A stretch of 64,000 nt of DNA from Eledone cirrhosa (Eukaryota): assembly GCA_964016885.1 (NCBI GenBank), contig OZ024743.1, forward strand, positions 321,098,001 to 321,162,000. The letters run 5' to 3'. Made by a program: the position numbers and the translations under genes. This document shows positions 46,620-60,079 of this stretch, piece after piece. The first letter of the stretch is position 1; each line of letters begins with the position of its first letter. The notes under the pieces are model-generated. The model ran no database searches and had not been told where the DNA came from. It saw nothing but the letters and a program-made list of their open reading frames with translations.

Positions 46620-49150
46620 AGGCCTTCCTGTCGGATGACCTTGCGGATAGCGCCAGCGCTTTTTTGCCGGGGTTTGGGATTTCAAGGAAGCAACTGTTGG
46701 CTAAGCTGTTCAATCTTCTCGGTTTGAGCTTTGACTAGCGCATTTTGTTGATGAAAGATGTTGGATAATCATTGATTTCCAAATTCTCACAGAACTGCCA
46801 GCTGTGAGTAACTCACTACACCACTGTATCTGCTTTGTATACGCGTGGCTTCGTTTTCGATGTAACCTATTTTAGCATTGTTGAGTGGATGGCAGATTTG
46901 TAATGGACGAATATGTCGTTGCAATCGACTTTGCAGTAAAAGTCCATGTTGATTTCACCACATTCCGGAAGTCATGAGTGGGAGGGGATCCGACTTTAGA
47001 AAGATGCTGAAAGCTGAATTTGATATATTCATCTGTGTTAAAACACACGAATATTCGGTTGGATGTCTCACAGGATGACGTGAGGATAATGATATCTTCC
47101 ACGTGTGTCGTGAAGAAGGCGAAGAAATGTCAAGAGTTAAGCGCTAGATTTCACGTTGGACCATGTATGATTTGGCCAGTATATCCCATAGACTGGATCC
47201 CATAGGTAGTCCAGAAATATGTTGGTATGTTTGGCCGAGGAATTTGAACCAAACCTTATTGATGATAATGGATAAGAGAGGGGAGACCGAAGCAGTACAA
47301 ATTGATTAATTTGACACACTCCGTTAGTGTCTACAGTCAGGTGTTGAGGTACCAAGGTGTAGGATTGGACACACCCCACCAGTGTCTGCAGTCGGCTGTC
47401 TACAGACAGGTGTCTCGGCACCGAGGTGTATCAGGATACCACGTCAAGGCTGAAGACTTGCCTGTTTTTTTTTTGGTTTTTTTTTGCCGGTGCCAGGATC
47501 CAGTAAGTGGAGTCGTTTGATGACCTCATACAAACTGTTGATGTGGAGACCAGGAAGGTAGTACTGGTTTTAGGATCATGGATAGAGACCATGAGATCTC
47601 ATATAGTTGTTCTTCAGTGCTGGATACAATGAGTTTATTTTTTTAGTCGGGTCCTTGTTTGTGGGATTTAATGAGATGGTAAAAGATGAGTAGCCTACTG
47701 TTCCTCGTTAAAGGTTGTTTTTGAATCACTTTGGGAGTTTCCGCCAGTTGCAGGTGTTAGTGTTGATCTGTGTAGGTGTGACACCCGTGATCTTAGAGTA
47801 AAGATAACAGTTGTCATTAGAATATAACACTCGTACTAACTCGTTGTAAACCTCTCTGGTGATGACAAAGAATGCCTTTTTCCCTCGTCGGAGACTTTGA
47901 GGTTAGACGAAGTTCCTTGACTTTAGATCATTCAAAATGGCGAATTGTGAAATAGAGAGCATGTGAGCGTGGGTGGCGTACTTATGCTAAATGTTTGATA
48001 TGGTGTGTTCAGTCTTGTAAGTTTTGGATTGAATCGTGGTGGTGGTTAGCGAGTGGAAAGTGAAATGGTTTGTCGAGGTGGTGTTTATTGGGTGTAGAGA
48101 GGAATGGGTTGTCGAGGTGATATTTAGCAAATGGAGAGAAGAATGGGCTGTCAGAGTGGTGTTTGGCGAATGGAGAAAGGAATGGGTTGTCGAGGTGGTG
48201 TTTAGTGGTTGGAGAGTGGAATGGATTATCGAGGTACTGGTTAGCGAGTGGAAAGTGGAATGCTTGTCGGGTGAAGGTTAGCGGGTGGAGAGAGGAATGG
48301 GTACTCGAGGTGGTGTTTAGGTGGAGAGTGGAATGGGTTATTATGATGTTGTTAATTTTGGTGGCATTGATTGTGAACAGTCATTTATGTTGGTAATCGG
48401 TTATGTAGATGTGTGGATTCCATATTGAGTCTCAGTCTATCGTTGAGCCGTTGTGTCACATTGAAATTAGATCCGGGACGTGCGAGTTTGAGCTCGGCGT
48501 TTACAAAGGTTCCAGTTAAGTCAATGACCAGGTGTTCCCTGTGGTCAACCTCTTGGTCGGTGCTGGTTATTGTGGTGATGCTGTATTGTTTGTATGTGTC
48601 TGTATGTGTGTGTGTATGCATGACGTAGAAGAATGTAGGAAGAAAGTATGATGCAAGAGATGGTTATACAATTAAGCTACAGATTAGTCTAATAGATGTT
48701 AGTGTAAGATTTAGTAATGATTCGGTGGGGGAGTAAAAAATGATTTGTCAATGGCTGGTTGGTGATCAAGACATGGAATGCCCAGAAGAAATCCAAGAGA
48801 AACAAAATGGTCAAAGTGGGGTCAACGGTGATCCAGCAATAGGTGTGTGTAATTTAGTCGGTATTTCTGTGTAAGTGTGTTTGCGTGTATATTTCTACAT
48901 GAAATAGGTCTTTTAATTTTCCTGTTTGTGTGTACTTGCGTATGTATTTGGTGTGTTGCAATAGCCCTATCTGTATGTATTTTCAAAGGACGTGTGTTTA
49001 TGTGTATGTGATGATACAAAAATGAAAAGGTGAAAAGTGTGCCAAAAAATGTGCACAAAACATGAAGAATGTGTACAGTAAAAATATTTTTACCGAGTAT
49101 AAAGAGAAGAAAGGAACTGGCATTTCGGGTTAAAGCCTTTGTCAAATTGT
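46620..49150 (-). pseudogene. Heavily decayed PLE RT (Penelope/Poseidon-like) with a degenerate upstream hammerhead (~49117-49146)
   Basis: Minus-strand remnants LIVSS..LYEISWSLSMILKP, SLDVVS*YTSVP, GLPMGSSL, HVEDII; motif TGACAA-aggc..ccc-GAAAT. Confidence 0.7.
48035..48340. repeat. ~39-bp minisatellite, about 8 diverged copies
   Basis: Recurring gtggtg(t)ttagc..tggaga..ggaatgggttgtcgag. Confidence 0.8.
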
Positions 49151-50460
49151 ACGTATGTATATATATATATTTATATATATATAAATATATATGTGTGTGT
49201 GTATGTGTGTCTGTGGTGTGCCAGTGTGTGTGAATGTGTGTGCATGTATGTATGTATATATAAATATATGTATATATGTATGTTGGAATTTCATCAGTGA
49301 CTAACTACCCATTTTGATAGAATACGAGACAGTTTTATTGAGTTAACATACTCTCCGCATTTTTTCAGACTTTGCTGTATTTGCAATATATCTTATCAAT
49401 AGGCTACAAGAAATTACAAAAATTGTACTAAAGGAGAAATGAAGGAAAGAGACAAACCAGGGATGTCATCTCTTCTTTTTGTGTTATTAATTTGTTACAT
49501 CTGAGAAAAGTAAGAGCTGTATGTTGGGTAAATGTTTAGTTAGTGAATAGTATACTTTTGAAGAAGAGTGTATATTAAGTTGAACATATTTGAAAGGAAG
49601 TATCGATCAGTGAGTCCGGATACATTGGTTAATAATGGTCCAGAGAATGGAATTACTAAGAGCCAAGTAGAACTCTATGTTGGGTGAATCTTTGGGTAGC
49701 TGAGGGTATATAATGTAAGGAAGTCATGGATAAGGGTGAACTCATTTGACAGAAGTTTTCTGATGTGGCTGGTGTTCAGGTGGACACGTTTTCCAAGAAA
49801 CAAGCAATGTAAATATTTCGCTCTTGAAATTCAGTCAATAATTGGAGGCTTTTTTGTCTTGAAATATTAAAAAGTTTTTGGTAGTTCAAAGTACTCCTCA
49901 CCAGAATCTGTTAGCATAATCTTTCAGTTCTTAGATGACACTTCAATTTTTCTTATAGTTTCTATTCCGGGATTTCAAGGATTATATATGTTTCACTAAC
50001 GCCGTCGAGATTCTCATAACTGGATGCTTGAAGGATGAAACAAGATAGTAGTAAATCTATTCCAATGTTTCGCCCATCCAACATGGCGTTTTCTGAACAT
50101 TGCATGATTAAGAGTATCAGAAGACACTTCGGCCTTGCTTATACCGATATATGTATATACTTGTATTTTCTGTTTGTCAGAATAAAGTTCATTATTTTAT
50201 TGTATGAATTTCTTACTACAGGATACATCTGGGAGAGTTTATTATTTTGTTGAAAGTCACAAATGAAATCAACCATATAGGAGAGTAAGAGATAAGTTGC
50301 ATGTCCAAGAATATAGAGAGAGGTGAGTGAAGAGTTCAGTGTCTTGTCTTAAATCATAACTGAATACGTTCAGTGCTTTGATCAAGGACATAAACAAGGT
50401 AGGTTGAGTTTAAATGAATTATAATCATAGCTGAAAGTGTTAATATATATATATATATAT

Positions 50461-50462
50461 GT

Positions 50463-50555
<93 letters not shown>
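50461..50555. repeat. (TG)n microsatellite
   Basis: Directly visible. Confidence 0.95.
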
Positions 50556-50557
<2 letters not shown>

Positions 50558-50934
50558 GTGCTATATGAAAATTAAAAAGTCAAAATAATATATGACAAGA
50601 TAGTAATTAATGACCAATATAATTTTAAATTAACGGAAGAAAATGTAACATGCTCTTCAGTATAATGGTAGTATTTCCGTCCAGCAAACACAAAGATGTA
50701 GGTGTAAGTACTGCAGGTGCAAATGTTCCTTTTTTCCGTTGAGGAGGCCATTCACCCTATTATTTAGACTTCTTTTCTAAAGTAAAAATGTAATGTGAAG
50801 ATTATAACTCTCTCATAAATTTCAAAATCCTCTTATCGTTTCTAAACTAAAAGTCTAAAGTGTTTCTCGAGCTCGGAGGCTCCTTGAGCTGGCTCTTATC
50901 CCAGTTTCCATAGTATTAAGTGACTGAAAGTTTA

Positions 50935-51135
50935 AGACTCTCCACTGGACAGCACGCCAGTCGATCGCAGGGTCAAACATCCAGCTATTACTGGTACTCA
51001 TTTTCAGCTGAGTATACTGGAGCAGCATGAAATAAAGTAATGTGTTCAAAAACACAACACACAACATAGTCCAGGAATCAAACACACGACATTATCATCG
51101 TAAGTCCAATAAACATACCACTAGGACATGCGAAT
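50935..51135 (-). mobile_element. Decayed SINE
   Basis: ctggtactcattttcagctgagt..actggagca..aaaacacaac resembles the copies at 52140 and 61805. Confidence 0.5.
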
Positions 51136-51239
51136 CCACATTTTACAACACGTTCAATTATTTGATAATACTGAGATACAATGATTTGGTAACAATAACT
51201 TATTGAAAATAATAAAAGCTTAGATCATATATTAATATT

Positions 51240-51572
51240 GATCACTGTCTCGTGGTTTTGGTGGATAGCATGGAGAAGACATTGCCTCATAGGATGGCAA
51301 GGGAGACACACAGTAACAGTGACTCCACCTAGTGGTCCCGGGAGGGATAGGATGGAGAAGACATTGCCTCGGAGCAAGGCTTGAGAGACACACTAGAACA
51401 GCCACTCCATCTCGTGGTCCCGGGGGACAGGATGGGGAAGATATTTCCTCGGATGATGGCAAAGGAGACACACAAGAACAGCCACTCCACCTCATGGTGC
51501 TAGTGGACAGGATGGAGAGGATATTGCCTCGGAGGAAGGCGAGGGAGACATACTGGAACAGCCATTCCATTT
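51240..51572. repeat. 80-bp GC-rich tandem repeat, ~4 copies
   Basis: gccactcc-type anchor at ~51321, 51401, 51481, 51561. Confidence 0.85.
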
Positions 51573-51866
51573 TGCAGGGCTCGCACTTGTGGGTAGCGAA
51601 CTCCGCCATGATAAGTTTGGGAGATAAGTCTCGGCATGTTTTGTTCTTATTGTAAAGTTTCGGCTAGATATATACGCATATATGCATATTCATGTCAAGA
51701 TTCTTAATATCACCATACTTATTATCGTCATCATTATCATCATCACCTTTACAATATAATATAACATTCACTAACCACTGCTATATTCAACAATATTAAC
51801 ACATATACTAACATTCTGAAATATTTGATGTCTACTATGTCATAAATGAATATTTACTCTTTACAG

Positions 51867-51960
51867 ATGATGAAGTTGAAAATGTATCCATCTAACCTGA
51901 GTTATACTTACCTGATATTAAGTGTATTGGTTGCTCTGACTTTATCTGAAGATGTTACAT
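51867..51960 (+). CDS. Coding exon 1 of an SRCR-MAM extracellular protein (signal peptide)
   Basis: ttacag|ATG..MMKLKMYPSNLSYTYLILSVLVALTLSEDVT|gtaagt; phase 1 matches the next exon. Confidence 0.75.
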
Positions 51961-52139
51961 GTAAGTAGAGAACAATCTATGTTTTCTGTCCAGGAAAGAA
52001 AAGGAAAATATATTTGTTTATAGCTATTAAAATATGGCCACAAGTCAAGTATTCTGTCTCTTGAAAAATAATAATTTTGATAATTGTCAAGATATACCCA
52101 CAGCACCAGTATTTTATTTAAAAAATAAATGATCTATTT

Positions 52140-52420
52140 GTGCCACACAATAGATATAACATCCCCTCGGAGGAACAAGTCCAGTCAAGGTTGTTCAGGT
52201 AACACCAGTACTCACTCATACATACCATTCTCCCTTCTCCACACCACAGATTCAGCCCAAGGAAAAGCTGATACAATTTGGTACCATTGACGTTGCAACT
52301 CATTTCTACGACTGAGTGAACTGGAGGAACATAAAGTAAAGTGTCTTGCTCAAGGACACAATGCACCACCTGGTCCGGAATGTGAACTCAAAACATCATG
52401 ATAAATCCAACGTTCTAACC
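52140..52420 (-). mobile_element. tRNA-derived SINE
   Basis: Reverse-complement similarity to 61805-62135 (gtgtccttgagcaagac core). Confidence 0.7.
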
Positions 52421-52809
52421 ATATATATATATATGTGTGTGTGTATGTGTGTGTGTGTATGTGAGGGAGAGAGAGAGAGAGAGAGTGTGTGTGAATTTCA
52501 TATATCTAATGATATACGATATGTTTAATAAATAAACATTTGGAAAGACTAGCTATGTATATTGAAAGGCTGACGACTAACACTGCCTAGCGGATTCCAG
52601 CAAAAGCAGAGGGGGACAACTGTCAATGTACATTTCAGGTTCTGGCCATCATCAGGACTGTACTTCCCCTGTTATCTCCTAGAACTTGAAACAGGAGAAA
52701 ACATAGTTTCTTCACCTGTGTAGATGGGCTGATTAACCTCATATGCAACTGACACTAATTATCAGTGGCAGGACTTAAGGACTCGGACAGTACTACTATC
52801 CTTACTCAT

Positions 52810-54660
52810 CCTGAGCCCATTTTGAAAAACCACTTTCAGTGCCTCCTCAACGACCATGCCATCACCCCAGAAATCCTCCTGCAGAACACAACCACCCCCA
52901 ACTTCCTGTCCAGCATTGGATGTCACTCACCCTAACATTCAAGAATTAAAAAGAAGCATTTCACACCATGAAACCCAGAAAAGATCCTGAAACCAACAAT
53001 GTGGATTTTACTCCCATGGTGGCCCTGAACTGAAGACCCGGCTAATGCTCCTGACAGGGAAAGTCTGGAGAGCTAAAACTGTCCCTGGGAATTTTAAAAA
53101 TGCCAACATTGTAACAATTTTCAAGAAAGAAGACCGATGACTCTGTGGAAACTATCGCAGCATCTCCCTCCTAAGCATCGTTGGCAAAATCTTCATGTGA
53201 ATCCTCCTGAATCGACTCCTCCTTATAGCAGAAGAATGCCTTCCAGAATCTCGATGTGGTTTCTGACATTCAAGAGGTACTGTTGATATGGTTTTCTGTG
53301 CCAGACAGTTCCAGGAGAAGAGCTGTAAACAACAGAAATCACTGATATCCATGTTTGGGGATCTGCAGTCGCAAGACCATCAATGTGGGCTATAATGTGG
53401 GTCACAAGACCATCAATGTGGGCCACTTTGGCTGCCTGGACCACTTTGTGTTTCTGATCCATATGCTCTATGATGGAATGGAAGGTTGGGTGAACCATCA
53501 CGGTGCCCTTTTGGATCTTTTTCCCATCACTGGTGGCCTCAAGCAGGGGGCGTGTTGACTTCAACACTCTTCTCCCTATACCTTGTTGCCATCATTAACG
53601 AGATTTCCTCTGACAGGACTGGCGTTGACATCTGATATAGACGCGATGGCAATCTCTTCAACATCGCCCGACTTTGCTCTCATACAAAGAGTTCCACCAC
53701 AGGCATGCAGAAACTTCACTTCGCTGATGACAATATGACTGCGAACCAGACTACAATCAACAATCAGAGATCAGAAAACATTTACAACAAATGTTTTGGG
53801 ATGCAGATCAATGTAAAAAATTGAAGCCTCTGACATACAACACTGGACACAGCATCAACATACACAGACAGCCGGTAGAAATTGGAAATGCATTTCACTA
53901 CCCTTGCAGCATCTCTCAAACAGCATCATTTGCGAGAAAGACTTTCCCAACAGGATCAAAACAGCTCATGCTGCATACGGAAGACTTACACACTGGGTCT
54001 TCAGCAATCACAGCCTCACCATAAGAACCAATATCATGGTCTTTCAAGCCATGTTCTTTTCCACCCTGCTGTACACATGTGAGATGGGGACCATGTATTG
54101 TCTGGATATCAAACATTTAGAGCAGTTCCAACAAACAAATCTCTGAAGAATCCTCCGCATTAGTTGGGAGAACCACAGTACCAATAATGAGGTCCTTTCT
54201 TAGGCGTCTCTCCCCAGCATTGAGGCTACCATCCTTCACGTCGCCTTCGCTGTGGAGATCACATGTCCAGAATGCATTCCACCCAACACCCTCACGTCAT
54301 GCTGTTTGGAGAACTTGCCAGCTGGAGAAGGCAACACAGAGGCCCAAAACGATGCTTCAAGGATCAATTAAAGACATCCCTGACACAAGCCAACTTCCAA
54401 CCTGAAATATGGGAAACCATTGCTGCAAATGGGCCTTCCTGGGAAAGGTTCAAGACATTCAAATCCAACATTCAACATAAAGAAGATCAGCAACGTGTTG
54501 TAAAGAACGCCTGGTGCACCCAACCACGTCCACCACCAACACTCCCTGTAACTCCTGCTCATGACTCTTCAGGAATAGACTGGGCCTCCACAGCTATATT
54601 CACTACAAAAAGAGAGAATGATGATCCCAGTGTTCGGACATGAGCAGGTGCCAATGACGA
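52810..54660 (+). pseudogene. Decayed RTE-clade LINE RT
   Basis: ANIVTIFKK..GNYRSISLLSIVGK, RGTVDMVFCARQ, GLKQG, FADD, GPKRCFKDQLK; many stops. Confidence 0.88.
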
Positions 54661-54843
54661 GAGTCTCATGGCTCAACCACCAGTACAAACAAGAATGGTT
54701 AGAGACTACTAGTGCTAAAGAGCTTCTGTGGGCTCAGTGTCGGAAACACATTCTTTGTTCATATCCACAAACCTACATTGATGTCACTAGGCATTAACAT
54801 CTAAAATGAGATCAGCGTCATCAGCATCAATACTTGCTGGTAG

Positions 54844-55143
54844 TCATCTTTGTAATACAGCGGGGAAAATGTGATCACCACCAAACCAGAAAGCTAGAAT
54901 GAATTTGAGTTCCCAGGCTACTCTAGGTTCCAATATTTTACAGGGAACCTCATGGATGAGGGAGCAGTTGTAGAGGATGGATGAAAGGTGGGCTGGCAGT
55001 GGATGGTTGGATTTTGAGTGAAAGTCATGACCATTGAACCTCATGAGGAGTTTCACTTGTTTCCAGCCTTTGTCAACAAAACTGATATTGTAAGTGAGTT
55101 TGATGCAGTGACAGATAGTAACATCAAATTTACTAGGTGACAT
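54844..55143 (-). pseudogene. Possible decayed fragment of a CRE-like non-LTR RT
   Basis: WKQVKLLMRFNG..LPAHLSS loosely resembles WxQAxLPxRxGGLG..LPAFLSS. Similarity judged by eye only. Confidence 0.3.
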
Positions 55144-55434
55144 TAATTATCAGGAGAAAGAAAATCCTAATATTCATGCCAAAAGCATGGCTTTGTGGTT
55201 AAGAATCTTACTTCACAACTATGTAGTTCCATGTTCATTTCCATAGCTTGGAATTTTGTACTGGGTTGACTAATGTGGAATTCAGTTGTTGCAAATTCTG
55301 CAGAAGTCAATAAATAACTAATAAAACTTCTGGATTTCATGTGTCAATACTAAAAATTGTTCAATATTCATTTGGGAAAGATTCATAATAATGAACTTCT
55401 TGGCAGGAGTTGAAGTTCTGTATGAAAGATATGA

Positions 55435-56283
55435 TGTATTAATGTTGATACTACAGATAGAATGGTAAATTAATGCTATTACTACAGATAAAATACTCTA
55501 TTAATGTTGATACTGCAGATAAAATGATGAATTAATGTTGATAGTACAGATAAAATAGTGTATTAATGTTGATACTGCAGATAAAATGATGAATTAATGT
55601 TGGTACTACAGATAAATTGGTATATTAATGTTGATACAACAGATAAAATGGTGAATTAATGCTGATATTACAGATAAAATGGTGAATTGATGTTGACACT
55701 ACAGATAGAATAGTATATTAATGCTGGTACTACAGATAAAATAGTGAATTTATGTTGATGCTACAGATACAATAGTGTATTAATGCTAGTACTATAGATA
55801 AAATGGTGAATTAATGTTGGTACTACAGATAAAATAGTGTATCGATGCTGGTATTACAGATAAAATGGTATATTAAATGGTGTTAGGAAGGGCATCCAAC
55901 AGTAGAAAACCTGCCAGACAGTCCGATACGAGCAAGACAACCTATCTTGCCCCAAGTGGGACAATTCCCATCTAAACCCATGCTAGCATGGAAGATAGAC
56001 ATTAAACAATGATGATGATGATGATGATGATTACAGGTAAAATGGTGAATTAATGTTGATACCAAAGATAAAATGGTGTATTAATGTTAGTACTACATGA
56101 ACTGGTGAATTAATGTTGATAACAAAGATAAAATGGTGTATTAATGTTAGTACTACATGAACTGGTGAATTAATGTTGATAACAAAGATAAAATGGTGTA
56201 TTAATGTTAGTACTACATGAACTGGTGAATTAATGTTGGTACTACTGATAACATGGTGTATTAATGTTGGTACTACAGATAAA
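55435..56283. repeat. 30-bp minisatellite interrupted by an RTE-type 3' tail (55878-56030)
   Basis: ttaatgttgatactacagataaaatggtga repeats; exact 60-bp dimers at 56041-56220. Confidence 0.9.
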
Positions 56284-56492
56284 ATATGCCTCCTTAATTT
56301 GAAAGGGAAAAATTTCAAAATATTATGTGGAACATTGGTCAATATGGTTACCCACAAGTATGTGTGCATATATATGATCTGTATGAACCCATCCCGCCCT
56401 TGCTAGCAGAGAGAGCAGACACTAAAACAATGATAATTTTGATGATATATATATATATATATATGTGTGTGTGTATGTTTATTCTTTTCTAG

Positions 56493-56613
56493 ATAATGGA
56501 GATATTGACCTGGATGGTAATCTAGTTAAAATCTATTATGATGGAAAATGGGGAACCATTTGTTCAGGTTCAACTAATGCGGCTAAAGCGGTATGTCGCA
56601 GTCTAGGACTCCA
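56493..56613 (+). CDS. Coding exon 2: N-half of SRCR domain
   Basis: ttctag|..NGDIDLDGNLVKIYYDGKWGTICSGSTNAAKAVCRSLGL|gtaagt; phases 1/2. Confidence 0.9.
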
Positions 56614-58349
56614 GTAAGTACAAGAAATATTTCTTTACAAGTTAAATATTACAATAGCTATGTGCTGGAAGAACTGTGGTTGGTTTATGTCTATTATTTT
56701 GTGAATGATAAGGTTTAGTAATTTAGTATTTTGCTTCACAATCACAAGGTCTTGAATTAGATCCCACTATGCTAGCATGGAAGAATGGACGTAAAACGGT
56801 GATGATGGTGATGATGTATGGTAACTTGGACAAGTTTCTTCTATCATACCTTTGTTTTTACCCAATCTTGTGACTAAATTTTGGTTGGTGAAAACAGTTC
56901 GGTGACCATAAGTAAGGCTAGCATATAATTCAAATGGTCTTCTCTTGATGATCATGCCTGTACAAGTATCTGTGTAGCAGTCAACCATTTTTACTTTGAT
57001 ACAGTGAATAGGTATCGGAATAACCAACGTGAAAATTATTACAAGAAAGCAAAGGTATAATGATATTGATCTAGTTTGCTTTTTCAATAGAATTTTCTTC
57101 ATTTCATTTAGGTTAGTTATAAAATATAAATATCACATCTTTATGTTTATTTGTTTTTTTACTTAGCCTTCCCAAGAATCATGCATATATCATAAATCAT
57201 TGCTGTGATATCACCCCAAAATGGTCAAGTTTACTAATCAATGTAAAATACGTATTGCACAGTATCTAAGAAAAATAAAAGACACTATTAAAGGGGACAG
57301 AAAAGGAAAAAAAAGTTACTTAAAAAGAGAAAAAGAAAAGGAAAAAAGATCAAGCAATGAAAGAAAGAGGGAGAGGGACAGAGTTACTGCAGATAATAAT
57401 CAGAGACACCCATTGCAACAGCCACCTCACCTCATGGGGTTCCCTCCTCATGTGAGCTGCAGCCTTTCTGATCTTTTAGAGGAAATCAACAGTGCAGGGA
57501 CTAAGGACACCAGGGGCCTCGATATAGACTGGTGCAAAGAGGGAACACTCAGTCTGCATTCATCAATAGATGACTATCTTCTCAATTTGTGGAGCTTATG
57601 AAAAATATATATTTCATGCCTTGGAACTAGGTAAATGACTATCACAGAGCCCTCATATCAGAAAAGTCTATATTCTAAATGACACAGTTTGGTTACAAAA
57701 TATTATATGTCAAACTTTAACAATGGTTTCGTGGAAATAGTTGTTATAATTGTTGATAAGTAGATATAAATTGTAGTACTGGCTAACACCTGCAACCTTA
57801 ATTCCATGGCAATTATTTATCAATAAGTGCATTATTTATAAAATAACATACATGGATAATTATCATCACATGATAGAGTGCAGAACAGGGGGAAAATCAC
57901 AGTGCTATATGAAGTTTGTTCTACATGTAATTAGAACATTTCAGGAGAAACATTATTTCTTTTTATAAGCTTACAAAATTTTGTCACCTTCAAATTAATG
58001 ATCTCTCACATCTACATACTTGTGCAGGTGTCTTTCTCACCCCTGTAAGACCTCCTCCCAGACTTTCTTCTGCAGACCCATCAGGAAATTTGCTGATGCC
58101 TTTTTCAGCTTCTTTGTTGGCTTCAATCTGATTCCCTGAGGGACAGGAAGAAATCACAAGATGCCAGGCTGGAGCTGTAGATTGGGTGTTGTACCAATTT
58201 TATTCCCCTGTTGGCGATCCAGGTGTTCATGAGCATTGATTGTATCATAAGAAAATGTCCTGGTGGAACCACCGCTCACCACTACTTCACTGCTGTGGCC
58301 ACTTCTAACTCATCCTCTCCTTGAAGCTTTTCAAAACTTCAAGATAATT

Positions 58350-58540
58350 GTTTCTACTTTTGGCACAAGGCCAGCAATTAACCCAGTGTATTACTGGTAC
58401 TTTATTTTATCGACCCCGAAAGGATGAAAGGCAAAGTTAACCTCGGCGGGATTTGAACTCAGAATGGCAAGGACCGTAACTCTATGCGTCAAAGCATGGC
58501 GTCCGACCCTCTACTGGTACTGCCAATCCTCTGCCCTTCA
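58350..58540 (-). mobile_element. tRNA-derived SINE
   Basis: gaccccgaaaggatgaaaggcaaag..cctcggcgggatttgaactc (B box gagttcaaatcc on the minus strand). Confidence 0.7.
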
Positions 58541-59635
58541 AGATAATGTTCTTTATTGGTGATTTGGTCCTCAGGAACTCATTCAGCATGAATCAACCCT
58601 GAGTGTCGAAGAAATGGACGACCACGGCATTTTCTTTCCACCTGCTCATCTTTGTCTTCTTGGGCCTGGGAGAGGACAAGTGCTTCCACTGACCACTCTG
58701 AGATTTTCTCTCTGGGTCATATGTCAATACCCAACTCTCATTGCAAGTTACTATTCAGTTAACGAGAATCAGCCTCTTTCATATCAAGAATGTCAGTGAA
58801 ACATTCCATATGAAATTGCCTCTGGTTGTCCAAGAGAATCTTCGGCTCAAATGTGGCACATATTTTCTGGAGCTCCAGATTTTGGGTCAGAATTGTCTCT
58901 ACTTTACCAATATTTGTACCAATAACTTCAGAGATCATTCTCACAGTACCTTGACACTCTTGCATCACTAACTTTTACACTTCATCAATGTTCTCCTCCT
59001 TTTGTGCACTAGGTATGACCTAGGGTTAAACAACAAAACATTGACAACCATAATAACTATTTTGATATCATATATCAGAATCCATTACTGTCTTATTGTT
59101 TAGTAATGCATCATGTGGATAGCAGCAAAGACATGTACATTAAAATAACTCTTGAGTCACAAATAATAGATGGGGTGGGGTAGGTGGGGGAATAATCGGG
59201 GGAGTTGAAATAAGCAGGGGGGGGGGGGGGTCAGTAATTTTTCTAGGTTGTCTCCATTGATTTTTAAAAAAAACAGAAATGGTTGTTTAGTTTACATATT
59301 GCAAGACCCAACACATCCTATTTATTTTATAAACATGGGATTTCTAGTAATGTACTTTTTTTTTTCTTGTACAATGTTTTTTAATGTATAAAGAAAATTA
59401 ATTGTCACAGGAATGTTACCACTTAAAATAAAACTTTGCCAGAGATAGATGAGCAAAATTTAATAAGCCAGAGGGTTTGGAATAAGAGTGGGGGCTGGGG
59501 GTGGAAAAAATCTGAAGAATTAATAAGTGTGGCAAGGTGGATTATTCAAGACCCAAGAGTTCTTTAATGTAATGAGAGCAAACCCTATAAACTCATAAAC
59601 TGAGTAAAATATTGTATTGTTATTTTACTTTTTAG

Positions 59636-59793
59636 ATATGCACGTTCTAGCAGAATAAGTTCAAACATAACATCCTACATGAGATCACCAATTTGCAGAG
59701 GAGATGAGAACTCAATAATGGACTGTTATGCTTACTTTTCAAGTTATACTAGTTGTTCACGCTACAAACTTGGTGCTCATTGCTATTATCAGT
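59636..59793 (+). CDS. Coding exon 3: C-half of SRCR domain
   Basis: ttttag|..PICRGDENSIMDC..SCSRYKLGAHCYYQ|gtgagt; phases 2/1. Confidence 0.9.
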
Positions 59794-60079
59794 GTGAGTA
59801 CAAATGTTTATATATCATGTATCCATGTGAGATTATTATTGAAATAATTCTTTAACTTATTTAACAAATGACAAAACCATGTGGGTGGGTTTTATATCTA
59901 GTTCTCTTGGTTGTTATCAAGATACTGACTTATCACTGTTAACATTTGCCACTGGAATAATTGCACTAGACACTGTAAATCAATAAAACACTTGGTAATT
60001 TCACTTTATTACAGCTGATGTTTATATTTACAGTAGTGAATTGTTATTTGTTTTATTACAAAACATAGTCAGAGGAGAA

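Noticed and set aside
51232-51655. ORFs of 125 and 107 aa
   Set aside because: They coincide with the 80-bp tandem repeat and have no domain or splice support.
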